Shown: positions 25,761 through 39,181 of the stretch, one piece after another
Layout: each line of letters opens with the position of its first letter
Position numbering within the stretch: the first letter of the stretch is position 1
Source: Chiloscyllium plagiosum
Lineage: Eukaryota
Length of the DNA: 64,000 nucleotides
Assembly (NCBI RefSeq): GCF_004010195.1
Contig: NC_057724.1
Coordinates: 19,989,506 to 20,053,505 of the forward strand
Direction of reading: 5' to 3'
Notes under the pieces: generated by a model
Databases searched by the model: none
What the model saw: the letters and a program-made list of their open reading frames with translations, nothing else
Told to the model about the DNA's origin: nothing
Program-made: the position numbers and the translations under genes

Positions 25761-26319
25761 GCCTTTCTGGGTCTGGACATCAGGAGCATTTAAAATTATG
25801 CCCTCGAAATAGTGAATGTTAACAGGTCATGTGTATATACAATAAAAAGAGCTCTGGATGGAGTATATCTCCTGCCATTGTTGGTTCTCATTGTGAAGAA
25901 GGGGACACCTGGAACGCTCACCATTTCATTGTTACCATACCTTTCAGTCATAGAGACCATTGGGCAGGGTGATGGAATGCATTGGATCTGGCTCTCTATG
26001 ACAATCACCAACCTGTCAATAGAGCAGACATGTGGTTATTTGGCTTGCAACCATTACATCCCACATACCTATCTGCAATTTCTGTTCCTCCCTGTGTATA
26101 TGGGCAAAGTTGCTGATTGCTAATACCATAGACTTATCTCCTGTCTGAGTCTGAGCAGGTACATGGCCTCTGGCAGCCTTCTGAGTGGTAAGGGGGCAGG
26201 GAATTTGTTCTTTGACCAGCTGCAGAGCTGTTATAGTGATAGCTTCTCAAGCTAGAGGACAGCATTTGTCTCTCTGTCTCAAAAGAAAACAGATATTTGC
26301 AAAAGAAACATAATTAAAG

Positions 26320-28345
26320 CTAAACTTCATGTTCTTGACATTTTTCAATGACGGAAATTTCTAAAAATCATGCTCCATCTTTAATTTTTCACTGTTTTAT
26401 TTGTCCAATTAATATATTCAATACTGATATTTTTCATACTTGTGTTTGACTTCAATACTTTAGAACTCACACCTGTATCATTTGGGTGCTGAGCCAATTC
26501 AAGTGGTCAATTCCTTCCTTTCGGTTGTGGAAGGGCCTACAACTTTTTGTGAGATCCAACTTTGAAAAATAACAATGAGGCTTTTGTTTTCCATATAATA
26601 TTGCTGATGCATGGATCACGTGACTCTTGATTTATTCTACCTGATTTCAAATTCAATGTCCTTAAAAGTCCCAGACCCTGACTTACAATTTTGAATTCTG
26701 CTTTACCACCATTTTTGGCCATGTTGTAAATGCATTAGTCTCCCCCCACAAAAGCAAATCTATGTGCACCATAAAGATATGTTGAAGTTCCCCTCATGGT
26801 TCCATTGAAACATGGCAGGCTCTGCTTTTAAAGGAAAGAAACCAAATTTTCATGAGCCGGGCCTTACTGAGAAGTACCAAACTCTAGAAACATCTATATA
26901 TAGTGAAACATTCCGAGAATGCTCCCATTGAATTTAGTGCCTCTTTTGGAGGATGAAGAAATACTCCTATCTTGAACTGATCACCCCACAGAAATGTAGA
27001 TTTAATATCAATTGATACACATACCCAAGCATTTGTTGCTAACAAAGCCAACTGACATTTCAGGATTACTTTGTCCACCATCTATGGTTCTGCTCATATC
27101 TTTATTCCCCAGTTTTGTCTTCAAAATCTTGTGCTTTACCCATGTACATTCAATTAGGTGACACCTTTTCTGAGTATATCCATGCTTATCCACCTCTGTG
27201 TATGAACCAAACTTCCTCCACCTTCTCAGTTTGCTTATTTGGGATCTTTTATTAACTAGACCGCCTGGTCACATGTGCTTCTGCTCTTGGTGGTAATCTT
27301 GGTTTGGCCTGTCCTCGTTAAACTATACCTATTAATTTGCCTTCTGTATCTTTCTGGACTGCTACTATTTTACCTCCCACCTCCTATTAAGAGGATCTCT
27401 TTCATGATCCATTTGTAGGGACAAGATAACTTCCAGATCTTCTGTTTGAGCTTACACTTTGTTTTTTGCTTTCTATCTTTTTTACTTTCCATCCCATGTT
27501 CTGCCTGTCATCCTACATCTTCATCTAGCTTCTATGTATTTCTGTGGCTTTCTTTGCTCTATTTATATTAGTCTCACTTCTCCATGGACTAGCCAATTCT
27601 GATAAGTATTTGATTCTCAGACTTACTTTTGTCAATTGTACTTTGGAACCAAATGGCCCCTCATTAACCTTCCAAACTGATCTTTGATCCTCACAACTGT
27701 CCAGGATTTGGGAGGTATGGAAGAGACCTGGCTCTTCAAGATTTTCTATTAATTCATCAGAAACCTTGTAATCCATACAAAGCAACCTTGAAGAGTGTGC
27801 CTGATCCATTTGAGTCCCATGCTGTACAATTAATGCACTTCCATTTTTGCCATTAGCCACCTCCAGACCTCTTCATTCTTTATGCTCTTTGCTCTTTTAA
27901 TGAACTATATTTCTTTGATTGAAGCTAGTTTCCAATGCCCTTATCTTAAGGCTCATGGAATTCTTTGAATAAAGCATTTCTGTTTGTATGCATTGCATTC
28001 AAATGTTCTTAAAATTAAAACTAATTGTAACCCTCCCTATGCTGGGGGCTGATCACTTGTTACTGATGAAACTTTGGGATTCTTAGTGAAGACTAACCAA
28101 TACGGACTATCTCCTCCAACCATATTAGCATGGATACTCACATTAGTGCAGATGATCTTTTATAGTTTAACTAATCTGACAAAATTTTATGAACAATTGT
28201 GGATGTGACAGTACGGTTGCTTTCACACATCCCATTGCATAAAGGGTTTTCTGCATAAGCATAATATTCATATTCTGACTGATATCTATAAATCCGTTGT
28301 TTGTAAATTAGCCTTTCCTATCATTTAGAAATTTGGTAGTGAGAG
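26320..28345 (-). mobile_element. Copia-order LTR retrotransposon pol relic (integrase then RT), GalEa-like
   Basis: Minus strand: KFLNDRKG*FTNNGF (DNGGEF-like), AENPLCNGMCESN, GDSPYWLVFTKNPK near 28345-28070; RT WVCVSIDIKSTFLWG...VFLHPPKEA in ORF 26884..27081; integrase lies upstream of RT. Confidence 0.8.
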
Positions 28346-28347
28346 AT

Positions 28348-31300
28348 CAGTCACAGAGTCATAGAGATGTACAGCATGAAAACAAACCCTTGGGTCCAAC
28401 AGGTCCATGCTGACCAGATATGCAAACCTAATCTAGTCCCATTTGCCAGCACTTGGTCTATATCCCTCTAATTCCTTCCAATTTATATGCCCAACCAGAT
28501 GTCTTTTAAATGTTGTAATTGTATCTGCCTCCATTACTTCTCTGGTATCACATTTCCATTCACACCGCACCCTCTGTGTGAAAAAGCTGCTCCTTAGGTT
28601 CCTTTTAAATCTTTCCCTTCTCACCCTAAACCTATGTCCTCTAGTTTTGGACTCCCCCACCCCAGGGAAAAGACCTTGCCTATTTATCGTATCCATGCCA
28701 CACATGATTTTATAAACCTCTATAAGGTCACCACTCAGCATCCATCTACCACTCTGCCCTTATTGATCCTCTTTGTTACTTCTTTAAAAAACTCAATCAA
28801 GTTTGTGAGACATGATTTCCCATGCACAAAGTCATGTTGACTATCCCTAATCAGTCCTTGCCTTTCCAAATACATGTACATCCTATCCCTCAGGATTCCC
28901 TCCAACAAATTGCCCACCACCGACGTAAGGCTTACTGTTCCATAGTTTCCTAGCTTGTCCTTACCACCCTTCTTAAATAGTGGCACCACGTTGGCAAACC
29001 TCCAGTCTTCCGGCACTTCACCTGTGACTATTGATGATACAAGTGTCTCAGCAAGAGGCCCAACAATCACTTTCCTAGCTTCTCACAGAGTTCTAGGGTA
29101 CACCTGATCAGGTCCTGGGGATTTATCCACTTTTATGCGTTTCAAGACATCCAGCACTTTTTCCTCTGTAATATGGACATTTTTCAAGATGTCACCATCT
29201 CTTTCCCTCCATTCTATATCTTCCATGTCCTTTTCCACAGTAAACACTGATGCAAAATACTCGCTTAGTATCTGCCCCATCTCCTGCAGCTCCACACAAA
29301 GGATCTATTGAGGGGCTCTATTCTCTCCTGAGTTACCCTTTTGTCCTTAATGTATTTGTAATAATCCTTTGGATTCTAATTAACTCTATTTGCCAAAGCT
29401 ATCTGGTGTCCTATTTTTGCCTTCCTGATTTCCCTGTTGTATATTTATACTACCTTTATACTCTTCTAAGGATTCACTCGATCGATCTTGTCTATACCTG
29501 ACATATGTTTCCTTCTTTGTCTTAACCAAAATCTCAATTTCTTTCATCATCTAGCATTCCCTGTACCTACCAGCCTTTCCTTTCACCCTGACAGGAATAT
29601 ACTTTCTCTGGATTCTCGTTACCTCATTGCTGAAGGGTTCCCATTTTCCAGCTGACTCTTTACCTGCGAACATCTGCCTCTAATCAGCTTTTGAAAGTTC
29701 TTGCTCAACACTATCACAGTTGGCTTTTCTCCAATTTAGAATTTCAACTTTTAGATCTGATCTATCCTTTTCCATCACTATTTGAAAACTAATAGAATTA
29801 AGGTTACTGGCCCCAATGTGCTCCCCCACTGACACCTCAGTCACATGCCCTGCCTTATTTCCCAAGAGTAGGTACATCCACATACTAAATCAGAAAATTG
29901 TCTTGTACACACTTAACAAATTCTTCTCCATCTAAAACCTTAATGCTGTGACAGTCCCAGTCTATGTTTGGAAAGTTAAATTCCCTACCAAACCACCCTA
30001 TTATTCTTACAGATCTTATAGAGATCTCCTTACAAATTCATTTTTCAATTTCCCTCTGGCTATTAGATGGTCTATAATACAATCTCAATGAGGTGATTAT
30101 TCCTCTCTTATTTCTCAGTTCAACTCAATTAACTTCCCTGGATGTATTTCCAGGAACATCCTCCCTCAGTACAGCTGTAATGCTATCCGTTATCAAAAAC
30201 ACCACTCCCCCTCCTCTCTTGCCTCCTTTTCTGTCCTTCCTATAGTGGTTGTATCCTGGAACATTAAGCTGCCAATCCTGTCCATCCCTGAGCCATGTTT
30301 CTATAATTCTTATGATATCCCAGTCCCATGTTCCTAACCATGTCCTGACTTCATCTGCCTTCCCTATTAGGCTTCTTGCATTGAACTAAATGCAGTTTAA
30401 ATTATCAATCCTACCTTGTTCTCTGCCTGCCTGCCTTGACTGTTTGATTCATTTCTGTTCTCAACTGTACCAGTCTCAGATAGGTCTCTTTCCTCTCTAT
30501 CTCCCTGGGTCCCACCCCACCACTTTACTAGTTTAAATCCTCCCAAGCAGTTCTAGCAAATCTCCCTGCCAGTATATTAATCCCCTTCCAATTTAGGTGC
30601 AATCCATCCTTCTTGTACAGGTCACTTCTACCCCGGAAGAGATTTCAATGATCCAAAAATGTGAATCCTTCTCCCATAAACCAATTCCTCAGCCATGCAT
30701 TCATCTGCTTTATCCTCCTGTTTCTACCCTAACTAGCCCGTTGCACGGAGAGTAATCCAGATGTTACTACTCTCGAGGACCTCTCTTTTAAATTCCTGCC
30801 CAACTCTCTGAATTCTCTCTTCAGAATCGCATCGTTTTCCCTTCCTATGCCATTGGATCCAATGTGTACAATGACATTCTGTTGGTCCCTCTCCCCCTTG
30901 AGAACATTCTGCACCTTTTCTGAGACATCCTTGATCTTGGCACCAGGGAAGCAACACACCATTCTGATTTTTCACTGCTGGCCACAGAAACGTCTGTCTG
31001 TACCTCAGACCAGAGAGTCTACTAACACAATCGATCTCTTGGAACCCGACATTTCCTCATTGCATTAGAGCCAGTCTTGATGCCAGAAATTTAGTTGTAC
31101 CTGAGAATCCATCAACTCCTACATTTTCCAAAACAGCATACTTATTTGAAACATGGATAGGCACAGAAGACTTCTGCACTAACTAACTACCTCTCTTACC
31201 TTTCCTGTAGTTAACCCATCTATGAGACTGTATGTGCAACTTTTCTCCGTTCCTATAACTGCAATCCATCAAACCCCCTTGCTCATGTAAATTCCTCATT

Positions 31301-31800
31301 GCCTCTAACTGTCACTCCAACTGATCCATTCGATCTGATAGGATTCACAACCAACAGCATTTATTGCAGATATAATCCCCAGTAACACGTAACCTCTCCC
31401 TAAACTCCCACATCTGACAAGAAGAGCATATCATTCTACCAAGGACAATTTTTGCTTCTTACAATCTACAGACCCACAAAAAAAACACCGTCTTATTCCT
31501 CTACAAAACACTGCTTCAGGCTAACTTAATACTTATGGCTTATATTTTTACATTTAATCAAGAGACATATCTCAATAAAACATATTATCAAGAAAGAATC
31601 CACTCTACTCATTACTGCAGACTTACAGCAAGGCCACATTAAAACTATTCTGTGCTGTGACCTCTGTTTCTGTTTCTGTGCTGTGACCTCTCCCAAACAG
31701 GTTCCTCCAAGATCAGTTGTGAATTTCACTGTTTGTTAATTTTCCCAGATGCACTCTGATGTTAAACGATGCATGAATTCAACAGCAAAGGCAGTCTAGC
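28348..31800 (-). mobile_element. Near full-length CR1 (HER1-like) LINE with internal deletions
   Basis: ORF1 CSSC...CNKC zinc finger (~31360-31430) and SGNH-esterase-like VCCFPGAKIKDV...VIVHIGSNG (30729..30962); ORF2 pieces KSPGPDQVYPR, PEDWRFANVVPLFKKG, GKSCLTNLIEFF, GDLIEVYKIM; 3' tail at 28348. Confidence 0.95.
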
Positions 31801-32361
31801 ATGCAGTTGATTGCATTCCATCACAAACTCTTCCATGGTCTTATCCTCAGTACTGTCCACGGTACTAAATTTATCAAAATCTGATGACACTCTGAAGCAG
31901 CCAATAAATCACCATTTTGATAATTAGTTTGCAGGAAATTTTTACAATCTGTCAAACCTTTATTTAAATTGTCATGTTCTAGTCCTTCAAAACAAAAATC
32001 AAGATGCTTCATATCCTGATTCTGTTTGACAATAAAACAGCAAAGACTATATTTTGTTTCCTCTTTGGTAAAGATGTAACACAGGTTCACATGGTTACCT
32101 CATTTTTCCACTGCTTATAGCACTCACTTTCAGAAAACAGAGATAGGTAATGAAGCACCGAAACATCACAATTTGACTCAACAATGCTCTGCTACCAGTG
32201 TTATACACTGGAAGATAACTGCTATTGAACAGAGAGCATGTCTATGATCATAATGAGACTTTAATTTAATTAGCCACACACTATAATTCCCCATATTTAT
32301 GTGATCAATTAGTTCCCCATACTTATGCAATCAATTTACACCAATTAACCCTTAATTAACA
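31800..32361 (-). mobile_element. 5' part of the copia-like element: gag relic, PBS and short 5' LTR (32199-32361)
   Basis: Minus-strand LTR TGTTAAT...TATAACA followed after 1 nt by TGGTAGCAGAGC; LTR has a ~26-bp internal tandem duplication. Confidence 0.7.
32186..32197 (-). promoter_or_regulatory. Primer-binding site TGGTAGCAGAGC (initiator tRNA-Met type)
   Basis: Plus strand gctctgctacca; complementary to the 3' end of initiator tRNA-Met (…CTCTGCTACCA); this PBS is characteristic of GalEa copia elements. Confidence 0.8.
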
Positions 32362-32379
32362 TGTACATAACCTTAATTC

Positions 32380-34530
32380 TGTCATTTTGTTCGGTCTCAA
32401 GCCTCCCTTCAGACCAAGGAAACAATAAAGACCTATTAATAACCTATTGTTACATTGTGTTTGAAAATTTGTTAATTCAATTTGAAGCAAGGCTGTTAAC
32501 TTTGAATAAGGAAAATAATGAAAATATGAGGCATGAATTATCTAAAGTCTCTTGGGAAAATCCATGAATGTATAAAATTGGCTTTAAAACATTATTACAT
32601 AACTTAGAGCAACTATACTTTCTGTCAAGGTGTAAAAGTTTTTAAAGTCAATTGAAGCTAACAGAAATCTCAGGAATGTCAAAGATTAAAAGGAAAGGCT
32701 TATAAAGTTGCCAGAAATAATGGTAAACCTAAGAATTAGGATGTTTTTGAATGCAACAAAGAAGGCTCAAGAAACTGATATGAAAAGAGTGAATTGAACA
32801 TGAACATAGTATAGCCAAAAACACAAAAATGGGCTGTAGAAGTTTTAATCAGAATCTCAAAAGGAAACATTTGGATAAAATGAATGTGGCCATACATCTT
32901 GAGGAAGAAGAATTTATTATGGGGAATAGAGAAATGACAGAGAAGCTAAATAATTACTTTGTATTTTCGTTCATCAAGTAAGATACAATAATCTTTTCAA
33001 ACCTACAGGTCCATGTAGCCAAAGAGAATGAGGAGTTGAGATAAATTAGTATTAGAAAGCAGATTACACAGGAGGAGTTTCTGGTGGTGGTAGCTGATAC
33101 GTTCCTGGGACCTGATAGTGTAAATCCCAGAATGTGGAAGAGGGTATCTGTAGAGATAAGCAATGCACTGGTGAGTATATTTCAAAATTCTCCAGATTCT
33201 GAAATGATTTATGAAAATTGGAAGGTCACAAATATAACCCAAAAATCTAAGATAGGAATGATACAGAAAACAGGGAAATACAAATCTATTACTCTTACAT
33301 GAATAGTAAAGAAAATGCTAGAATCTATTACAGATGATATCATGAACAGACACATAATAATGATCTGATTGAGCATAGTCAGCATAGATTTGTGAATGGA
33401 AAATCATGTATGGTGAGCTTGTTGGAATTATTTGAAGTTATTACCAAAAAATTAACAAAGGAGAGTTGATAGAAGTTTAATAGGTAGATTTTCAAAAGGC
33501 TTTTGATAATTTGCCCACACAAGGCAGGTTAGCAAAATTAGAAATAAATTAGTCATTTGCATATAGGCAGGCTGTGACTGATGGGTTATCACAATGATCA
33601 GTACTTGGATCCCAGCCGTTCACAATAGTTTATCAATGATTTGGAGATGGGGACAAATGTAATATTTCCAAATTTGTGAATGATACAAAGCTAAGTGGGA
33701 AAGTGTGTTGTGAGGAAGATACAAGAGGATTTGGACAGGCTTTGTCAATGAGCAAGAACACAAGAGACAGAATAACATATGAAAAATATGAGGATATCTG
33801 ATTTGGTAGGAGAAACAGTTGTGCAGAACATTTCTTAAGTCGTAAGAGTTTCGAAAATGTAAATGTGTAAAGGGACCTCGACATCCTCCTTGATGAGTCA
33901 CTGCTAATATGCATATGAATACGCAATAAGCAATAGGCTCATGCAATGTTAGCATTTGTTACAAGAGGATTTGAGTAGAGTTGTTGAGAAGTCTTGCCTC
34001 AATTGTATAGGATCTTGGTTAGATTACACTTAGAGTACTATGTGCATTTTGGTTTCCTTAACCCAACTACATTATTACTGCCATAGAATTACAGCAAAAG
34101 TTTACTAGATTTGTTTCCAGGATAGCGGGACTGTCCTATGAACACTGTTTGAGCAAACTGGGTTTGTACTTTCTATAGTTTCAATGAATGAGCAGTAATC
34201 TCATTGAAATTTACAAAATATTTAAAGGGATAGCTAGGGCAAATGCAGGTAAGATGTTTTCCCTGGATGGGTAGTTCAGAACCAAGGGCACACTTTAAAA
34301 ATAGAGAGATCTGAGATAAAGAGGATTTTTGTTTCATTGGAGGACTGTGAACCTTTGGAATTTTCCACCACAGAGGATTGTGGAAGCTCAGTCTCTCATG
34401 TTTAAGATTTCTGATTTACTGATGGTGCACAGGGTTATGTATATGGGGTCGTAAAAGGCATTGAAGTGATTGATTGGCCAAGTTCGTATTGAAACACAGC
34501 ATAGACTGAAAGACTTGCTCCTGTTCCAAT
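32380..34530 (+). mobile_element. Old CR1 LINE ORF2 and 3' end, many stops
   Basis: FLGPDSVNPRMWK...ENWKVTNIT (ORF 33084..33302), aatggaaaatcatgt, gattttcaaaaggctttt (DFQKAF), tttgtgaatgatacaaag (FADDTK-like). Confidence 0.85.
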
Positions 34531-34544
34531 GTTTCTTCATTCGC

Positions 34545-36400
34545 TGAAAACAGTGACCACAGATCAGGCCTAATTGAGCCAATCTCTCCTCAAATGACAA
34601 ACCTGCCATCCCAGGAAACAGTCTAGTGAATGTTCATTGTACTCCCTTGATGTCAAATATATCTTTTCTTAGGCAAGGACACCAAAACCATACCCACTAC
34701 TTCAGGTGTGATCTTACCAGAGACCTGTACAGCTGCAGTAGATTGTGCTTGCTCTTGAACTTGAATCAACTTGAAGTGAAGGCCAACATGCAATTTGCCT
34801 TCTGAACTGTTTGTTGCACTTGCGTGGGGTACAATGACTGGTGTACAAGGACACCCTTTGTGCATCATCATTTCCCAATCTATCACTTTTTAAATGATAC
34901 TCTGCCTTTCTGTTCTTCCTACCAAAGTGGACAACTTTGTACTTACCCACATTATATTGCAACGGCCATGCATTTTCACACTCCTTCAAATTATTTAAAT
35001 TCCCTTGAAGGCTCTTCACAACCTCTTCATCGCGCTCCATCCCAATTCATTTTGTGCTGTCAGCAAATTGAAAACACTCCATTTTATTCCTGTATCCAAG
35101 TTGTTGATAATTATTGTGAATAGCTGGGTCCCATGCTTCAATCCCTGTGGTACTGAAGAATCTGTACCGAGGTACCCTGTACCTCAGTTAATGTCGTAAG
35201 TAGCAATTTACAAACCTTTCACTATACTCATTTGAGTGCACGTGACAATGAATCTAATTCAGTTCAACTTCACTAATGCTGCCTCCCAACCTGAAAAAGA
35301 CCCATGTATTCCTACTGTCTGTTTCCTGTCTGCTCATGAATTCTCCATCTTTGCCAATATATTATGACCAATCCCATATACTTTCATTTTTAGATTAGAT
35401 TAGATTAGATTACTTACAGTGTGGAAACAGGCCCTTCTGCCCAACAAGTCCACACCGACCCGCCGAAGTGCAACCCACTCATTCCCCTACATTTACCCCT
35501 TTACTTAACACTACAGGGCAATTTAGCATGGCCAATTCACCTGACCTGCACATCTTTGGATTGTGGGAGAAAACCGGAGCACCCGGAGGAAACCCACGCA
35601 GACACGGGGAGAATGTGCAAACTCCACACAGTCAGTCGCCTGAGTTGGGAATTGAACCCGGGTCTCTGGCGCTGTGAGGCAGCAGTGCTAACCACTGAGC
35701 CACCGTGCCGCCCACCGTGCCGATTTTCTAACTAATCTCTTATATAACAGTTTATCAAAAGCTTTCTGAAAATCTAAATAAATCCATTGGTTCTCCCTCA
35801 ACTGTTAGTTACATCCTCGATATATTTCAGTCAGTTTGACAATTTCCCTTTCATAAATCCATGTTGACAATGTTTTGTAAGTGTCATGCTATCACATCCT
35901 TTACAATAGATCGCAGCAGTCTTTTGTACTATTGATGCCAGGCTAACTGGTCTGTAATTCTCTACTTTCTCCAGATCTCTTTTTAAATCGTGATGATCAA
36001 TTTGCCATCCTTCAGCTTGCCAGGGCTGTTCCACAATTTACAGAATTTTGGAACATGCCACTCAATGCATCCACTGTTTCCATGGCGACCTTTCTAAGTA
36101 CCCTGGGATGTTGATTACCAAGCCCTGGAGAATTCTCAGCTTTCAGTGCCATTAATTTCTCCATCACTACAGTTTTTGAAGTAATTTCTTTCAATACCTC
36201 CTTCCCAATAGACCCTTCCTTCCCTCACATTTCTGGGAAGTTATTTGTGTCTTTTGTGAAGACAGAATTAAAGTGGTGGTTTAATTGCTTGGCCATTTGC
36301 TTCCTTTTTGTTATCCATTCTCCCATTTCAGACTGCAGGGGACCCTCCATTTGTCTTCGCTAATCTTTTTCTTTTCACATACATATAGAAACTCTTACAG
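34545..36400 (-). mobile_element. Old CR1 LINE ORF2 fragment with nested insertions
   Basis: ENSPGLGNQHPRVLRKVA, ENYRPVSLASIV, QHGFMKGK, YNVGKYKVVHFGRKN, MAGLSFEERLAQLGL in minus ORFs; interrupted at ~35150-35270 and by an HE1 SINE. Confidence 0.88.
35389..35722 (-). mobile_element. HE1-type SINE, young, with duplicated 5' 11-mer
   Basis: (TAGAT)4 tail; near-identical to 59613-59925; ccaccgtgccg repeated at 35700-35722. Confidence 0.95.
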
Positions 36401-36574
36401 TTAAAATTCACTGAGGCATAAACATATCACCAATTAATGTTATTACATGTCAAGAATTAATCAATCATGGCCACAGGTTTAAAATCTCACATATCAAAGG
36501 CTTTCGGGACTCTTACACTGCATAACCTAATTTGTTTCTGTTTGTAACAGAAATTCTGTCTTTTAAACTGATGA

Positions 36575-36576
<2 letters not shown>

Positions 36577-36608
<32 letters not shown>
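36577..36608. repeat. (TG)16 microsatellite
   Basis: Direct inspection. Confidence 0.98.
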
Positions 36609-36609
<1 letters not shown>

Positions 36610-36699
36610 TGTCACTTTTTTTTGTGTTAGTAGATAATGAAAGTCCTCTTTGCTTCACTCAAGATAGCCTTAATAATTAACTCAGTCATTCAGCAAAGA

Positions 36700-38280
36700 A
36701 AAGACCCTTTAACACATTGAATACTCTACACTAACCTTACTTTCCAGCACTTGGCCCATAGCCTTGAATGTTATGACATTTCACGTGCTCATCCATGTAC
36801 TTTTTACAGGTTTTGAGGTGTCCTGTCTCAATTGTCCTTCCATGTAGTGCATTCCAGATTTCAACCACATTTTGGGTGAAAAAGCTGTTCTCCAATCCCC
36901 TCTAAATCCCCCACCCCTCACTTTAAAATGATCACTGCTTTTTAATTTTTATTTAATCTATTTTCCTAAATAACCTGTTCAGAGATGTTACTCCACACGG
37001 CTGGAGCAGTTGTGACTTGAACCTTGGCTTCCTGGTCTAGGCTACGGATCCTATCACTGCCCTGCAAGAGGACCTCATTACTCCTTTTATTGACCTTTCA
37101 ACTAAGGGGAAAAACTGCTTCCTATTCACCCTGTCCATGTCCCTCATAATCTTATACAACTCAATCAAATTGCCCCTCAGCCTTCTGTGCTCAACAGAAA
37201 ACTACCTGAGCCTATCCAAGCTCTCCTTGCACCTGAAATGCTCCAACCCAGGCATATCCTGAAGAATTGACAGTGTGGTGTTGGAAAAGCGCAGCAGGTC
37301 AGGCAGCATCTGAGGACCAAGAGACTTGATGTTTTCAGCATAAGCCCTTCATCAGAAATTAGGCTTGTGGGCTAAGGGAACTGAGAGATAAATGAGGGGC
37401 AGGTGGGTCTTGGGGGGAGTAGCTGAGAATGCGATAGGTAGATGAAGGTGGGGGAGAAGGTGATAGGTCGAAGAGAAAGGTGGGGCAGATAGATGGGAAG
37501 GATGATGGACAGGTCAAGAGATGTGCCGGGTTGGAGGCTTGGGACTGGGATAATGTTGGGGGAGGGGAAATGAGGTAACTGGTGAAATCCAATTGATCCC
37601 ATGTGGTTGCAAGGTCCCAAGGCAGAAGATGAGGTGTTCTTCCTCCAGGAGTCAGGTGGTAAGGGTTTGGCGATGGAGGAGGCCCAGGACCTGCATGTCC
37701 TTGGCAGAGTGAGAAGGGGAGTTGAAGTGTTCAGCCATAGGGCGGTTGGGTTGGTTGGTGCGTGTGTCCCAGAGATGTTCTCTGAAGCAGTCTGCAAGTT
37801 GGCATCCAGTCTCCCTGATGTCGAGACCACATTGGGTGCAATGGATACAGTAGATGACATTGATGGTGGTGCAGGTAAATTTCTGTCAGATGTGGAAGGA
37901 TCCTTTGGATGGAGGTGAGGGGGGAGGTGCAGACGCAGGTTTTGCACTTCCTGTGGTGGCAGGGGAAGGTGTGGGAGTGGGATGTAGACTAGTTGGGGAG
38001 GGTGTGGTTCTGATGAGGGAATCACAGAGGGAATGGACTCTCCCGATATTCTGAAAAATCCCCTCTGCACTCTTCTGAAGCCGTCACATCTTTCCTAAAA
38101 TGCTGTGGCCTACAACTTCAACATAGCCTTCCTGCCTGTATAATTTATGCCATGACTGTTCAAAGCAGCCGCCCAATCTGTCGTCTTAACTACCTTGTCC
38201 ATCTTCAGGGATCTTTGCCACCCAAAATCCATCTGTTTTTCCAAGCTTCCACATGTCCTGCCACGTTCAAGTGAAGTGTG
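36700..38280 (-). mobile_element. CR1 3' fragment hosting a tRNA-like SINE head (~36960-37075) and a Penelope element
   Basis: ccagcacttggcccatagcc...ccctgtccatgtccctcataat...ccaggcatatcctg | resumes at aatcccctctgcactct near 38057. Confidence 0.75.
37262..38045 (-). mobile_element. Penelope-like element 3' part (GIY-YIG endonuclease plus pLTR)
   Basis: Minus strand NVIYCIHCTQCGLDIRETG...FREHL...EEHLIFCLGTLQPHG; pLTR core ttCTGATGAagggcttatgctGAAAacatc at ~37327-37358. Confidence 0.9.
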
Positions 38281-38841
38281 TTTTGATTGAAGTATGATAG
38301 TTACAAAAAATAATAAAAGTATTTGCAATGATTATTCCAGAGGGTATTAACAATAAAGGGTAACTGCTTCTTCTCATCCCCTGGTGTGTTTCAATAGAAA
38401 TGTTCTTCCAATAATTGATTCTGAAAAATTTGCAATGTTCAAGCTATAGAATGCAAATTCGGTGTAAATCTTTATATAACAAACCTTATGGCCTGGAACT
38501 AACAATATTGTTGTTGACTACTAAAGAATGGAAACCAAGATAGCTACCTAAATAAATAAATAATGGTGAAATAATCAAGGCATAAGTTGACTGAGCAACA
38601 ACACAACCTGATCAAATAATACCTGTGGCAGCCCAGAAAAGACACTGAAGTGTATAACTCTGTTCTAGTCACATTCAGGGACATTGTGGATCCAGTTGGA
38701 TGTAATTTAATACAACAAAAATATGATCCAGATTTTTCTGAAATTGTATGATGGATGATGGACATTGTAAATCTCACAAGCCAGTTTCTGAAGATGAACA
38801 TTGTCCAAATTGCTGCAACATTACTTTGAATATAACTGAGT

Positions 38842-39181
38842 ATGGTGGCTCATTGGTGAGCACTGCTACCTCTCAGCACCATGGACCCAGGTTCGATTCC
38901 AGCCTCGGGTAACTGTGCAAACTCCACATAGACATTCTCCCTGTGTCCGTGCGGGTTTCCTCCGGGTGCTCTGGTTTCCTCCCACAATCAAAAGATGTGC
39001 AGTTTAGGTTAATGGGCTATGCTAGGTTGCCCATAGTGTTCAGGGATATGTAGTTTAGGTGCATTAGTCAGGGGAAATGTAGAGTAATAAGGTCGGGGAA
39101 TAGGTTCGGGTGGCCTACTCTTTGTAGGGTCAGTGTGTTGTTGGGCTTAAGAGCCTGTTTCCTCACTGTAGGGATTCTATG
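38842..39181 (+). mobile_element. HE1-type SINE with internal micro-inversion
   Basis: A/B-box head tggctcattgg...gttcgattcc, body gggtttcctccgggtgctc, tail ctgtagggattctatg. Confidence 0.93.

Noticed and set aside
35421-35735. Recurrent ORF METGPSAQQVHTDPP... (also 59636..59887) as a gene family
   Set aside because: Antisense translation of HE1 SINE copies
37372-38070. 232-aa proline-rich ORF
   Set aside because: Off-frame reading of a Penelope GIY-YIG region and its C-rich 3' end
38842-38905. tRNA genes at SINE heads
   Set aside because: A/B boxes belong to tRNA-derived SINE heads; no full cloverleaf
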